A stretch of 64,000 bases of DNA. Source: Glycera tridactyla. Its lineage: Eukaryota. The notes below the pieces were generated by a model. The model saw nothing but the letters and a program-made list of their open reading frames with translations, did no database searches and had not been told where the DNA came from. Position numbers and translations under genes: made by a program. The stretch covers positions 92,690,001-92,754,000 of the forward strand of contig OZ286459.1 in the NCBI GenBank assembly GCA_965644265.1, in the 5' to 3' direction. Below, one piece after another: positions 1-13,000 of this stretch (the stretch's first letter is position 1; the number at the start of each line of letters is the position of its first letter).

Positions 1-529
1 GAACACATGGGAAATGATGGGGTGAGGGAAAGAGAAATAACATGAATTGTAGAAAATACATACTCATACTCCTTGATAGGAAACATGTCATATCTATATC
101 GATGTTTGCAGAATGGTCTCAAATGAAATGATAATGACTTTCCTGATCTTATCACCAGATTATCACTGTATTCACATTAAACTCAAATTCTTGCTTGATT
201 GGTTTGCCTAGGCAGAATTTTGGATGAAAATTCATGCAATATTTCTCACAAGTCGAGACATTCAATGGAGCAAACTGAATTCTGACCATTAGAAATAGTT
301 GATACAGATTTGCTAGGGAAAGTTGAAGCAGAACATGTCAAATTTCGACACAGATTTTTCCATGCCTCGTCTATGCCTCTTTCACTCAGCATTTCTGTCA
401 TTTTCCAGCCTATTGTTGCCTTGAACACACTATTGTGCTTCACTGAGTCACAGTAGCGACATATTGTAGACACCAATCATGCAAGGAAAATGTTTCCAAC
501 GTGACCAGTGTTTTTGTCAGTGACACCCA

Positions 530-1461
530 CAGGGATGTGCTTTTCCCATTTTTAACGGAAAAACGTCGGTTTTAACAGAAATTGCCACTTTTGTGGCACA
601 ATCATGGAAACACTTATGAAAACGGCAAGGTTGCGGAAATCTGGTAAAAAGCGGAATTTCCATGAAAAACCACTGTTTATTTAGCGAATCCTGTATGAAA
701 AACCAACCAACAACTCAATGGATATGGGTTCCCCGATGACGTCATCATGATTTTGACGTGAATAAACCCCAATCCTAACCATCCCGTGTCTCACCATGTT
801 CTGGCGCATGTGACCTCGTACCCAGCAAGTGTGAATCAAACATGATATTGAATAAAAAAATTGAAAGCTGGAAGGGTAATGTAGGGAATATAGTATGACG
901 GACACGATCATTTATTATGCAAATGAGGGTGTTTCCCTCCTGAAGTCATGCTGGTAAGTTGCAGGCAGTTGTGGCGGAGAGCGTGAATAACGGCAATTTG
1001 ACAAACTTTTTGGGAACCAAAATCCAAGGGTGGCTTGCATATGACTCGCACCGGGAGGACCGCTGCCCCAGATTCCTGAAAGAGGGCTTGTCACTACCCC
1101 CCCCCCCCCCCACCTGTCCGAACAACGTGTTCTTGGAGGTGGGTGGTGATGGGGGAGGTGATGGGGATAGTGGGTGTTGGTTGTGGTGAGGGTGGTGGTG
1201 GTTGTGTTGGGTTGGTGGTGGTGGGTAGGTGGTGGTGTGTATTGCTTGAGTTGGGGTGGTGGTGGATGGTAGTCCTAAATGCTATTGGATGATTATCATG
1301 CAACTTCTCCATGAAAAATCAAAGAAAGGCTATTTTCGTGATGAAGTTGGACATTTGAAGCGGAAATCATGGAAATGGCTCTTTTTAAAACCAACGTTAC
1401 CGAAAACACAATTTTAAAAACGGAATTCGATTTTTTTTTAAACGGGAAAAGCACATCCCTG
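530..1461. mobile_element. Non-autonomous DNA transposon (hAT-like), 932 bp
   Basis: Perfect 18-bp TIRs CAGGGATGTGCTTTTCCC (530-547, 1444-1461); CACCCA on both flanks (524-529, 1462-1467); CGGAA-type subterminal motifs. Confidence 0.75.
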
Positions 1462-2191
1462 CACCCACATGCTGGTGGTGTTTCATTGTGCAGAGATTGG
1501 AGCCTATCATGTTTAAATCATATTTTGGACTCAAGAAGTACTATTGATACCATATTTTAGCAAATATTGCTAAAGAATAATTTTATTTGCTAAAATGGCT
1601 GCTGAAATAGTATTCATTCCCGCTGGCATGTAGGTGGGGGTGGGGTTTTTGTAGCTGAACATTTTCTCAAATTCATTTGTTTTGGTAACAAAATTTAAAC
1701 AAAATTGATTTTGCATGAGATTGTCGTATATTTTCAATTTGGTGAACTGATTCAATGATATGCTCTCTGGTTGTCTACAAAATATTTTCTGAACTGCTGA
1801 AATTATGTCCATTATGCTAAAATCATTCATTAAAGTGTTGTTCATACTAGAGGGATCCCGGGAATGGTATGATTTAGTTTTGGCACTCATAATGATTCTT
1901 GGGTAAATCTTTGATTTAGCCAGACATGGACACATTAAGGAAAATGTGCTTTATTTTCATGTTTGAGAGGAGCATTGCTACATTCAATCCTGATTCAAGA
2001 ATATATGTCCTATATCAGTAGTAGATTGGAAGGCCAACTTTGTCTGAGGGGTGCGTTATCACAACCACAGTCTCTACTTTGAGGATATTCATGTACACTA
2101 TGACTTGCAAGGAAAGACTGCAGTAAGTGTCACCAAAATGTTGTCCCTCGAAAGGAGGAGGTATCAGAGGTACATTTGGCTACATCAAATA

Positions 2192-2277
2192 CAGGAAAAC
2201 CTGCGACGAGAGACCGCCCTAAATGTCTCCCGTCAGAGGTGGTCTTGTCAGGGGGTCTCTCATTGCAGGTTTCACTG
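2192..2277. mobile_element. Tc1/mariner-type MITE
   Basis: TA-flanked imperfect TIRs CAGGAAAACCTGC/GCAGGTTTCACTG. Confidence 0.55.
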
Positions 2278-3859
2278 TACAGATGATCTGAAGAAGTGGT
2301 CTCTGGTCAGAGGTGGTCTTGCTGCAGGGTTTCTCGTCACTGGCTCCACTCTTTACATATATGGGAGCATTCTATGGGTTCTGATTGTGCTAGTCCATTA
2401 CAAGGAATTCAAAAGGAGGGCTTCCAGCATGACCTGAACAGAGGTGGGTCTTTAGCCAGGTCACACACCTGTAATACTCAACATTATATCATGGGCTTTT
2501 GCAGGTATTGCACAGAAGGTTGTTTTGTACTGGTGATTGTTGCACCTCCTCTATGGCTTCATCTTGCTGCCACCAATGAAAGCCACTGATTGGGTTCATG
2601 CTCTGTGCATCCTAACAGGTGCTGGCTACTGGTACATTCTGACCTCCCGCGAGCTCCAAATGCACTCAAAACAGGGAGGTTTCATCAGTAAACTATAACA
2701 ACTATGTGGAACAACTTTGCATTATTATTGAACCATCACAACCTTGGTATTGATCAAAACATGATGAGATAGAAGAGAGCTGTGGCAGGAAGAGTTTGTT
2801 TGCCACACAGGGAAGCTATTTCATCACAGAGAGGGGATGTGGTTGAAGTCCCTGTGATGTCAAACGTGATTGAAAGAGGCTGCAGTCAGCAGGCTCTTGT
2901 ATAATTGCCAATGAGATACCACCATGTAGCCATGAGATTTGCCTTTAGACGTTCTCTAAAGTTTGAAAAACCACAGTGATCTCTCAAATGAGGTGGTCTA
3001 GTCAGAGGTATGTTTGAGAATATGTCAATCAGGGTATATTTGAATATGTAAATTAGAGCCCTATGTTGCTACCTGTGGGTAGCCAATGGCTACCAAATTT
3101 ACCCTCTTGCAACCATATTTTTCAAGTTGGTAGCCCATAGTCCATTGAAACTGTCCAAAGTAGAACTTTGATCAAATGGAAATACTTGCCTGAAAAGGTT
3201 GGCTTCCATTAGAGGTGGTCTCCCATCATGATGTACAATACAATATTCTATGTATTATTTGGCATATAGAGGCTGTTTTTTGAATGCATCCTGTGATTCT
3301 CTGATGGTGATATCGTGCATACATCTATTGAACACTTATCTCACTGAGGTTTCTTTATCCATTTCCTTCTGAAGATTTAGATTCACAGTTGGACAAGAAT
3401 GACGACAGATGGAGCCTTGGCTGGACTGCCAACGCTCCAGCTTTATAGGTTTGACATTTGGCACGCCTCATGACCTATGTAACTGTGCCTGCGCTATTTC
3501 TCATGCCACTGAGGATGCCCTGAGTGCAATATGTTCATGACATTTGCCTTCAGTAGTTTCCAATTGGAGTTGTTATTGCAGCCAAATAAGTTGGCACTAA
3601 TGCCAGACGAGTTGGGAAATTGGTGTTGATGTTTAGGTGGATATATTACTAGCCCAACCTAACCATCAAATTTCCTACCAATTTGGCATGAACTGATTTG
3701 GGCAGACCACCAAAATTGTGAGCTGTACCACCAAGTTGTCTAATTTGTCCACTAACTTGGTTACTCCTCTTTGCAGCACAGCCAGACAATACCTCAAAAA
3801 AATAAGCCTGTTATGTTTTCTCACATTCTGAAAACATCTCTCTCATTCTCCTGTTCCAG

Positions 3860-4034
3860 CATGACCCTGAGACGGATGATTGTTCTCCTGGTGGTGAAGA
3901 TGGGAACTACATAATGTTTGCACGTGCAACATCGGGCGACAAACCGAATAACAACCGATTCTCATCCTGCAGCAAGTCCAGCATGGCTCCTGTGATGGAA
4001 GCCAAGGCACGACATAGTGGTGGTTGTTTTATTG
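3860..4034 (+). CDS. ADAM10: ADAM10 exon: end of metalloprotease domain with Met-turn
   Basis: ttccag|CAT GAC; [38 protein letters not shown]...GCFI; G|gtgagt. Confidence 0.95.
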
Positions 4035-7000
4035 GTGAGTTGATAGTCATATTTGTGGTCAATCAGAGTAGGCGACCAAGAGTTCCCCTCCATCAGTCTC
4101 GGTCCTGTTAGTTCTATGCCACCTGATGCAATGCGGAAGGGGATTTACTGGTATATGCACAAGACAAGCATGTGTTGCTGCTGATTATAATCCATTTGAA
4201 TCAATTCACTTTTTCACTGCCATCCACTGCCCACAGCTCAAATCCATTCATATCTAGTCAAATCCGATGAGACTGATGTCAGAATCTACTATTCTCCTTC
4301 AGCCAGCTTCAGTCTGATGAAAGGTTGAATGTGCTTTTGTAAATGGTGGAGAACAGCTCAATTGTCAGTTCATAATCCAAAATCCATCACTGGGTTCCTA
4401 TTTGAAATTCATCATCCTATTGAAATAGACTAAATTAACCCTGGAGTTTTAGATTGCCAGAAATTCGTAACTGGATTTGTCTTTGAATATTGTTCACATG
4501 CAGCTGTCAACCCCTCACCATGGCACGCCAGATCTTGTGGCAATATGATGGAAACTCTCCATGTTTTGCTGAGTTTGATTCAGTTGAGTCCAGAAACATT
4601 ATTTAACATAATCACTGACATGAGTCAGTGAAAACAGTCTGATATTCCTCATGATCATGAACCAGGGCTCTACATTGGTCTAAATATCTAGGAACGGCTC
4701 CTAAGTTGACATTTTTGGTAGCCGGTGCGAAATTTTGGTAGCGCATCAATACATTGCCAATTATAACCTCTCAAACTTTTAGGGGCGGCTGGCTCCTAAC
4801 TTTCAAAATATGGTAGCTAGAGGGTAAATTTGGTAGCCATTGGCTACCCACAGGTAGCAATGTAGAGCCATACTCACTGGACTGATCTGATGATGAACCT
4901 GCCAGATAGATCTTGGATGGCTGGCTGTGTTCAGACACTCACAATATTGGCACGATCACCAACTTTTGGATTAATCCGATCATTGACCTATTTCTTGAGA
5001 GACAGACAGCATGCCCCGGGAATTGACTCCACCTCCAGGTCTGCTGGGTTGGAAATGTTGTGGGCCCGAGGCTCCGGGGCAACCAGGAATGGGTGTCGGG
5101 CAACTGATCACTAGATATTGTGGCTCCATCGGGCCACCAACTGTGTGATACTACTGATTAGTTGCCATGGTAACTGCCCAGTACCTACCATGCTCATCAA
5201 CATCTGGAATGAATTCAAGATGAGCTTGTATACGATCAGTGACAACACTCCTTGATACTGTCCCCACTCTCAGTTCTTTTCAATTCATATAGATCTGATT
5301 GTATGCGCTGTCAATCTCTAATTTCCAATAGCAAAAAAATGTTCTTCCAACTAATTTCTGAGTATACACTGGTGAAACTTAATTTCGCTGGCTCGGGTTA
5401 TGTGATGAGATGTTCCAAGTGATAACATTTTGTTTAGTTTTCATATAAGTTCATGTATTGCAAAACATGCAGAATATTGAACCTGCATGATGAATTAGTG
5501 CACCAAGTCTTACTCGTTCCATGTCTCACAGTGTGTTGTGATTTTCTTCACCCAAATAAGCTTCCAACAGTATGATTCACCAAGTCCTCCTCCATCATGT
5601 AAGGCTAGATCTTGAAATTAGAGTCAAATTATTATTCTCCAGTGCCGTTTCTCTTTCAAAATTTCCGGGCTACTACACTATCCTTTCGGGCAACCACAAC
5701 TTGAGATCGGGCAACCACGATTTTTGGATCACTTCTAACACTGGTCTGACCTTGCTGATTTGGTTAGATTCTCTTTTTCATTGAACTGTGGTTGGTCAGC
5801 AGTCGTACATCACCAGCTTCAACACCAGCACCTATAGCCTCTGCTACGCCAGAATTGATGCTGGCGGCCACATGAATTCATAGCAGACTTCAGGGCTGTA
5901 TGTTGGCCATAATATTTAGGAGCCAGCTGGCCCTGATGGTGATATTTCTGGTAGCCAATCAATACATCATATGTTATAGCCTCTCAAAATTCAAGCAGCC
6001 ATTTGCTACTAACTTTTGAAATACAATATCTGGTAGGTATTGGTATTCACAGGTAACAATGTGGAGTTTGGGATGCCTCTATTTTATATCAGAGTCCATC
6101 GTACATGGTTGAGAATTTTACTGCCGTCATTTTCATTAGGTAATAGCATGCATCTTCGAAGCTGGATGGGTTTGCTAGTCCAAATATCTGAAGCTGTTAA
6201 GTATCAGTCAATGAAACTTTGATGAGGTCTTCATTCACCCCACTTAACTTCATGCTCTGCATAGCTTGCCGGGGGGGGGGGGGGGGGGGGGTACAAACCC
6301 CATCTGTGGTTGATATTCATTGTCACTTCAAACCCAAGCTGGATGATTTTTGATGCGCATGAAGGAAGTATGACATTTTTATCACATGAGGTGATTAGTG
6401 GAAAAAGTGACTGCATTCATATTTTTTTCAAATACCCTTCTTCACGCTGCCAGAGTGATACAGTATGAGGTTCCAGGCTAGCTATCTGTGCATGCATGGC
6501 CACCTCGGGACCATAGAACTAGCATGATGCCTTGAATGGAATTTTTGTGAATTCGCTCGGGTAAACAATTACAAGAATGGTGATTTGTCAAATTGAGTGC
6601 TGGAGAGATGCCCTGACCGCCAGTCTTCCAAAAACCAACTCTCATATCAGATATGCATTCTTCAGCCACTCTCCTGCGGGAGAGCCGACTGAAAAATCAC
6701 TCTCCCAAAAACATATTCACATACCCGAATTTGTTCAAAGGTGAGAGCAAGACATTTGTGTGTGTAAAAGCCTTATCAAGACGTGAATGTGATGGACTAT
6801 CTAAGTAACACCAACCCATTGTTTGCACAGGTTCGCCCTTCACAATTTATCATGTGCAGGAATATGCAAAGTCATCTTGGAGGGAATAGGGATTTCTGTT
6901 GGAAGAGTCAAAACTGTATTGTTCTGTCTTCAGAAAAAAAATCATAACTTTCCAGTCAGCTGGAAACGTTAGTTTGGTCTTTTCACTCTCCAGAAACCAA

Positions 7001-10000
7001 ATTCACTCTCCCCGGAATTCGAGAGAGTGGCTAAATTTGAAGACTGCATTACATTCTCTTCATGTATCAGGTGAAATCTGTCCTGTTGCTCTGCTTTACG
7101 CTCAGGAAGTCGTCCTCCCTTATCAGACTTGTAGGACTTTCTATCTCCAAAGCATGTAAAGTGGTAGATCTATTTGGTTCAAATATTAGCAAAATATTTC
7201 CCATCAATGATCAAATTGATTTTGATTTTCGAAATGTCAATTTTTTAAAATTTCAACCTCTTATGAATGTTCAAAATGTCAATTAAAAAAAATTTCAACA
7301 AGAGTATTTTGACTTTCCAACTGTAATTTTTGGAAATCCCAACCTGTAATGGAATTCAATTTTGATTTTCAATATGTCAATTTTTTTATATATTCAACCT
7401 GTGATGAAGAAGGATCTAAGGATCTAATCACCCCAGACATCAGCCAATATGGCTGCTTAGATTTGTTTTTAATCGATAGCTTATCCACGTGCTAGAACAC
7501 CTAGTCTTCTCTAGAGTAGCAGTGGTTTGAGACTAATCCTCATCTGCTATATATCAACTAACACTGTCCTCTCTTGGTGGAACTACCGTAAATGACGTAA
7601 TAATTGCTCATACTTCAATAAATGTCCGGCCCCTCAAATTTGAGGGGTGGGCGCTTGGGAGAGGCCAATCAACCATGTGTTAAGCTAGGTAATCAGCAAC
7701 AAGTGAAGTGAGACATAAAAGACACCCATGTAGAGAAGCCGAGTCACGCCTTACCCTGGCCATTGTTAGATGGTTCGTGCCGCATACTTCAATGATTTGT
7801 GGTTCCCGCTGCTGAAAATATGTGTCAATGCCAACTAAGCAAGTATTTCATGATAACAACGAAAGACCTGCATTTTTGATAGAGACTTGGGCACCATAAT
7901 AACTCTAATCATGTACCTGCCGAGTGTTTTCATCATGTTTAGGGCGAAAATGTCGGGATTTTCTCCAAAATGATCATCAAACATGCAAGTAGAGTCACTT
8001 ATTGCATATTTGATAGTTTGAGCATTCCGAGAGCGACTCGGATTTGTGAAAAACATTATTTTCAGCATAAGTTTTCACCAGTGAGTTCACCCGGACATGA
8101 TATGGCTGTAATGATCGCCCGCCACTTCTACACTCAGGGAGAATCCTGATAAATGCTCAAGGCGATTATCATGTTATTTAAAATATTCTGGTCCATACTT
8201 CCCTCTCCCTTTTGATGTAATAGCTTATTTTGGCTCCACTCATCCCATGTATTGTAGCATGGGGCATATCCTGTTTTTACCATGTGAATACCACATTATC
8301 TTCCCGGCCATCTGCAAACTAACTATCGGTTCATTATTCAACAACTCTTGTTCAATCCTATTTATATTCAGTGTTGTATGTATTGTGTCCAGTTCAGCAT
8401 GTTTTATAGGTCTGTGCTACAGATATCTAAAGTCTTTAAATTGAAACCTGCTGTCTTGGTTGCTGTTGTAGCGCCTACAAGCTCCATCTGTGGCAATGGT
8501 GTGGTGGAGCTGGGGGAGGAGTGCGACTGTGGATGGGAGGACGAGTGTATCGACATCTGTTGTTGGCCGCAGACATCGGGCGACCCCGGGTCGCATTCGC
8601 CCTGCACCCGACGACCCACTGCCATCTGCAGGTAAGTCCTGCGTATCGGAATACGAAATACAGTCGAACCTGCTCTATAAAGACCACCCTGACCTGCGAC
8701 CGTGGTAGTTCTTTCAACAGTAAACAACCTCTCTATAAATACCACCTGCCCATGAAAACCACTTTTTAATGCGACCGAAGGCGGTATCGATAGACAGGTT
8801 CGACTGTACATGATACGAAATACAAAATTCTTTATTGTGTTAGATATATATATATACAATATTTACAATGTGATTACACGAGACCCCAAAACAGGTCATA
8901 TTACGTGCTAACGCACATAGGGTTATTCAACAACAAATATCCAATACAGCAATGTATCTAAATAACCAACCCTGCACCACACTGGAGTTCTTGCCAATTT
9001 TGAACCAATTTTCAAAGTCCAAGTTTTACACAGTCTGTCAATGATAATGACTATTTCATGTATTGGGAACATGAATATCGTCATCATTTTTTTTGTGGTG
9101 AATTCGCCAAATTGTTTCATGACATGAATTGAAAGCATCATCATCTTGCTTCCTTCATGCTGGAGTTGCAAAGCAAACATGAGATGAAAGTCATTCTTCT
9201 CCCGCAAAATGATGCTGGTGACCTCCTGGACGATCACAACACATATTTCTTTCACCACTTTGGTGTGTTAGTGTTCATTCACTATTGGCATCTCCAAATA
9301 TATCATCATAGCCCAAGAGTTTGCCTCATGAATTTTTTTCTTGACTGCAATAACACATTCACAGTTCATTATGTAGTTTTGAAAGTGATTGAAATGTTGA
9401 CATGTAAGCCTTTGCAGCTGGAGATAGTATTAACCGTGCATATGTCATCAGCTATGTGAGGCAGAGAACTAGTAATTTTGTCCATATTCAAGCTACCGTC
9501 CTATGTGTGTTGACTCATGCACCTGATGTATTTTTGGGACAGATTATAAGTCTTCTTGGAAAACATTTTCAGCTACTCTTTCATTGGGAGAGCAGACTGG
9601 AAGAATCACTATCCCAGGAATAAACTCACTCTCCCGAATTTGCTTAAATTCCAAAAAGAAAAACAAGACATGAGTAAGCACCTTTTCAGCACATGAATAT
9701 CAGACTATGAGTGACTTCCTTAATACCAATCAGCCCATGTCTTGCTGGTCTTTGATCTTCAGAGGAGTAAATGTGCCGGCATATGCAAAGTCATCTTGCA
9801 GGGTCATCTTGCAGGGAATAGGGTGTTGTATCAGTGGAGTTGAAATTGATGTGTTCTGTCTCCACAATAAGTTGGTCACCCCCATTAACTGAAAAATTCA
9901 CAATGGGAGAGTGAGTTTGGTCATTTCACTCCCACAAAATCCAATTCACTGTCCTGGGAACTCGGGAGAGTGGCTAAATTTGAGGACTGGAATATGGTAT

Positions 10001-13000
10001 TTGCAGCAGGTAAATATGTGCGGTTCATCAGGAGGTGTATTCAGCCATGCAATTCGTGGGATAGGGTGTCAAAATTTCAGGATGGTTGGTCGTTTATGTC
10101 CGATTAGTACAGTTTGGACTATATTCAGACTCCTAGTGGGGCGCAGTAGGAGGTGTGAATTTAAGAAATGTCAGAAACTTCAGATAGGAGTTTACGTTGG
10201 TGTACACATAGACCTGCATTAAAGTGATAGTTTGCTCTGTCAAATGATTCAGAAGAAAGTATGGGGGACGACTCCCAAATTTCTCAGGCTCAATTGCCTA
10301 TTTTGGAATGGTCTAGCTTTCAGCGAGGAGGAAGTAAAATGTATCATGTGGGGATCGTGATGAATGCTATCACCTGTACCAACTCTAGTACATTATCCTA
10401 CCATCCTTTTTGATTTATTTATACTCTGTCAATCACATTGATGGAGCGCAGGCACACTATAGATATCTATCGGTGATGAGCTACCTAGCATGTGCAGCAT
10501 AGCATATATGCACAATAAAGAGAATATTATCTTGCCTCTATGAGTGAATTCAGTTGAAAGCACAGATGATGTATATCAGAATCGAATGAACATAGTATGA
10601 GTCCATCGTGGATGACAAAGCAATATGAAGTCTCAGTTAGAAGTGTATTTGATTTTGTCAAAATGAAAAGTGGTCCTTCAAAAGAGGCATTCTCCTGCCA
10701 TGAACTTTTAACTTCACCTGTTCATCAGGCATGTGGAGTGAAAAAGTTACCTGCCCTCTTAATTTTCACCTGCCTTCATCCAAAATATTAAAAGCCTTAG
10801 ACCTGCCAAATGACCTGTCCTAACAGTCATTATTCCAGTTTGTGACAGTGGAGCATGGCTGATTCAACGACCAACCAACCAACCAATTTTGTTCAAAGTT
10901 TCTCTGTTTTTAGAAAAGAACCTTTCAAGTGGAGGAAGTGTTGGCCAAATGTCCGTCTAGCATGACAGCAAGGTGAAATATGAAATTTTGATGTCACTGT
11001 TGATGCCTAGACCACCTGATCGCCTGTTCAACCATGTGAGCTGAGTTTTAGCAGTACACAATTTAATATGCAATGTAACAACCAATGACCTCACAGATGA
11101 ATAGGTATGGTGTCTATGATGTCACAGAATGGTTGCTCGGATTTAGATGGGGGGGGGGGGGGTCACATCGTTCAGGGTCCGGTGGCTATAGTCTGATCTT
11201 TCTACGAAAAGGCAAGAATGAACTAAAGAACAACGAATCGAAAAAACAAAATTGACATTCAAGGAAACACCCTTTTACTAAATCCTACGGCTAAAAAAAT
11301 GTCTGTGGTCTCTTGACCATCTCTTGATATTATTATGACCCTGTATTTGTGTTTATGTGTTACAGTCCAAGTGAAGGTCCGTGTTGTTCGGAGATGTGCG
11401 AGCTGATAGGAATCTCCTCCAACAGGACGTGTAGACAGTCATCCTCCTGTAAAAGTGCTGCCTTCTGTGAATATCCTTGACTCATCAAAGTTGCCAACAA
11501 GTGCTGAAGTGATCTGAGGCTCTGCTCACTATCTTGACAAATTACAGTTATATTTAGAGTCCTAGGAGATCCTGTCCCTTAAGATCCGCCGTTTGCAGTC
11601 AAATTTAGGTTCTTGCTATTTGAGAGGAATACCTACAGTAAAACCGATGAGATATCATGTGATGAGAGACCATCATCTGTGATCCCTTTTCCGCTTCAGA
11701 CCTCCAATAAGAGACTACCTCTTCCGCAAGACCAGTTTTTGTTGGCATCTAGGGTGGTCCCTTATAGCGGGTTTCACTATAATGTTGATGCAGCTGCAGT
11801 TCTCCGTATGAAAGTGTTTATTTTGGGCCACTGAATTGCATGCTTCATGAAATTTATTTGATACATCAGGCTACTGGATTCTTGCCTGGGATAAAGAATA
11901 TTTGAATTATCGGGTGCAGGTGGCTCCGAATGGTTCTGCCAAATACGCCATACCTGGTATTGGCTGACCATATCCTTGCACTTGTTGAAAAAATCTTCAC
12001 AATGGGAGTCAGTTCAGCTGGGTTTTTTCATTAGGACTGACATGGTATGTGTGCATGTACATGTGAGTGGGTGTCGGCCGGTACATGCGTGATTGTACAC
12101 CTGCGTGTGTCTACAATCATGTTCTCATGCAAGCATCAATCGGTATCCCAGCAACCATTTCTAGCAATAGGAAGACAGCATGTAAAATCATATGAGATGG
12201 GAAGGCGTCATTGGAGACAGAATGGATCTGTATTTTGTGCTGAAGGGCATAATTCATGAATGTCAAATGCTGAAGACATGTACAATTTAGCAGATCAGAT
12301 TTCATGGTTTTTGTTGTGTCGACAGTGGGTGCGCCAAAAAAAAGAAAAGAATCATCAACCTGGAAATCATTGTTATCAAGCTCCAACTCGATTTGGACTG
12401 CATATGAAGATGAGTGAAATAGGCCCGAGAAAGTGGTCTATTAGGGAGACAAGAATAGCAGGCAGCTAATGGCTTGGTAATCGTGGCATCATGTTCCCAC
12501 TGCAACTTCTGAAGGTTAGATCCGACTAATCACCCCACACAGACAATGGCACCATGATGGAAGAAAGCTGCTTGAAATGCTTCGTATTTCATCCCTATTT
12601 ATCATACTATGGCACCATGATGGAAGAAAGCTGCTTGAAATGCTTCGTATTTCATCCCTATTTCTCATACTATGGCACCATGATGGAAGAAAGCTGTTTG
12701 AAATGCTTCCTATTTCATCCCTATTTCCCATACTATGGCACCATGATGGAAGATAGCTGCTTGAAATGCTTTCTATTACATCCCTATTTCTGATACTATG
12801 GCACCATGATGGAAGATAGCTGCTTGAAATGCTTCCTATTACATCCCTATTTCTAATACAATGGCACCATGATGGAAGATAGCTGCTTGAAATGCCTGGT
12901 TTTACATCCCTATTTCTCATACTATGGCACCATGATGGAAAATAGCTGCTTGAAATGCTTTATATTACATCCCTATTTCTTATACTATGGCACCATGATG

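Noticed and set aside
6269-6291. Recurrent poly-G/C runs (also near 1.1, 11.15, 13.92, 25.65, 33.65, 39.13, 40.19, 40.92 and 58.0 kb) as functional G-quadruplex sites
   Set aside because: No positional pattern relative to genes; ordinary homopolymers.
11970-11978. Second ATATCCTTG U12-like donor inside the intron
   Set aside because: I found no upstream exon with a compatible phase or ADAM-like sequence. Treated as cryptic or chance.
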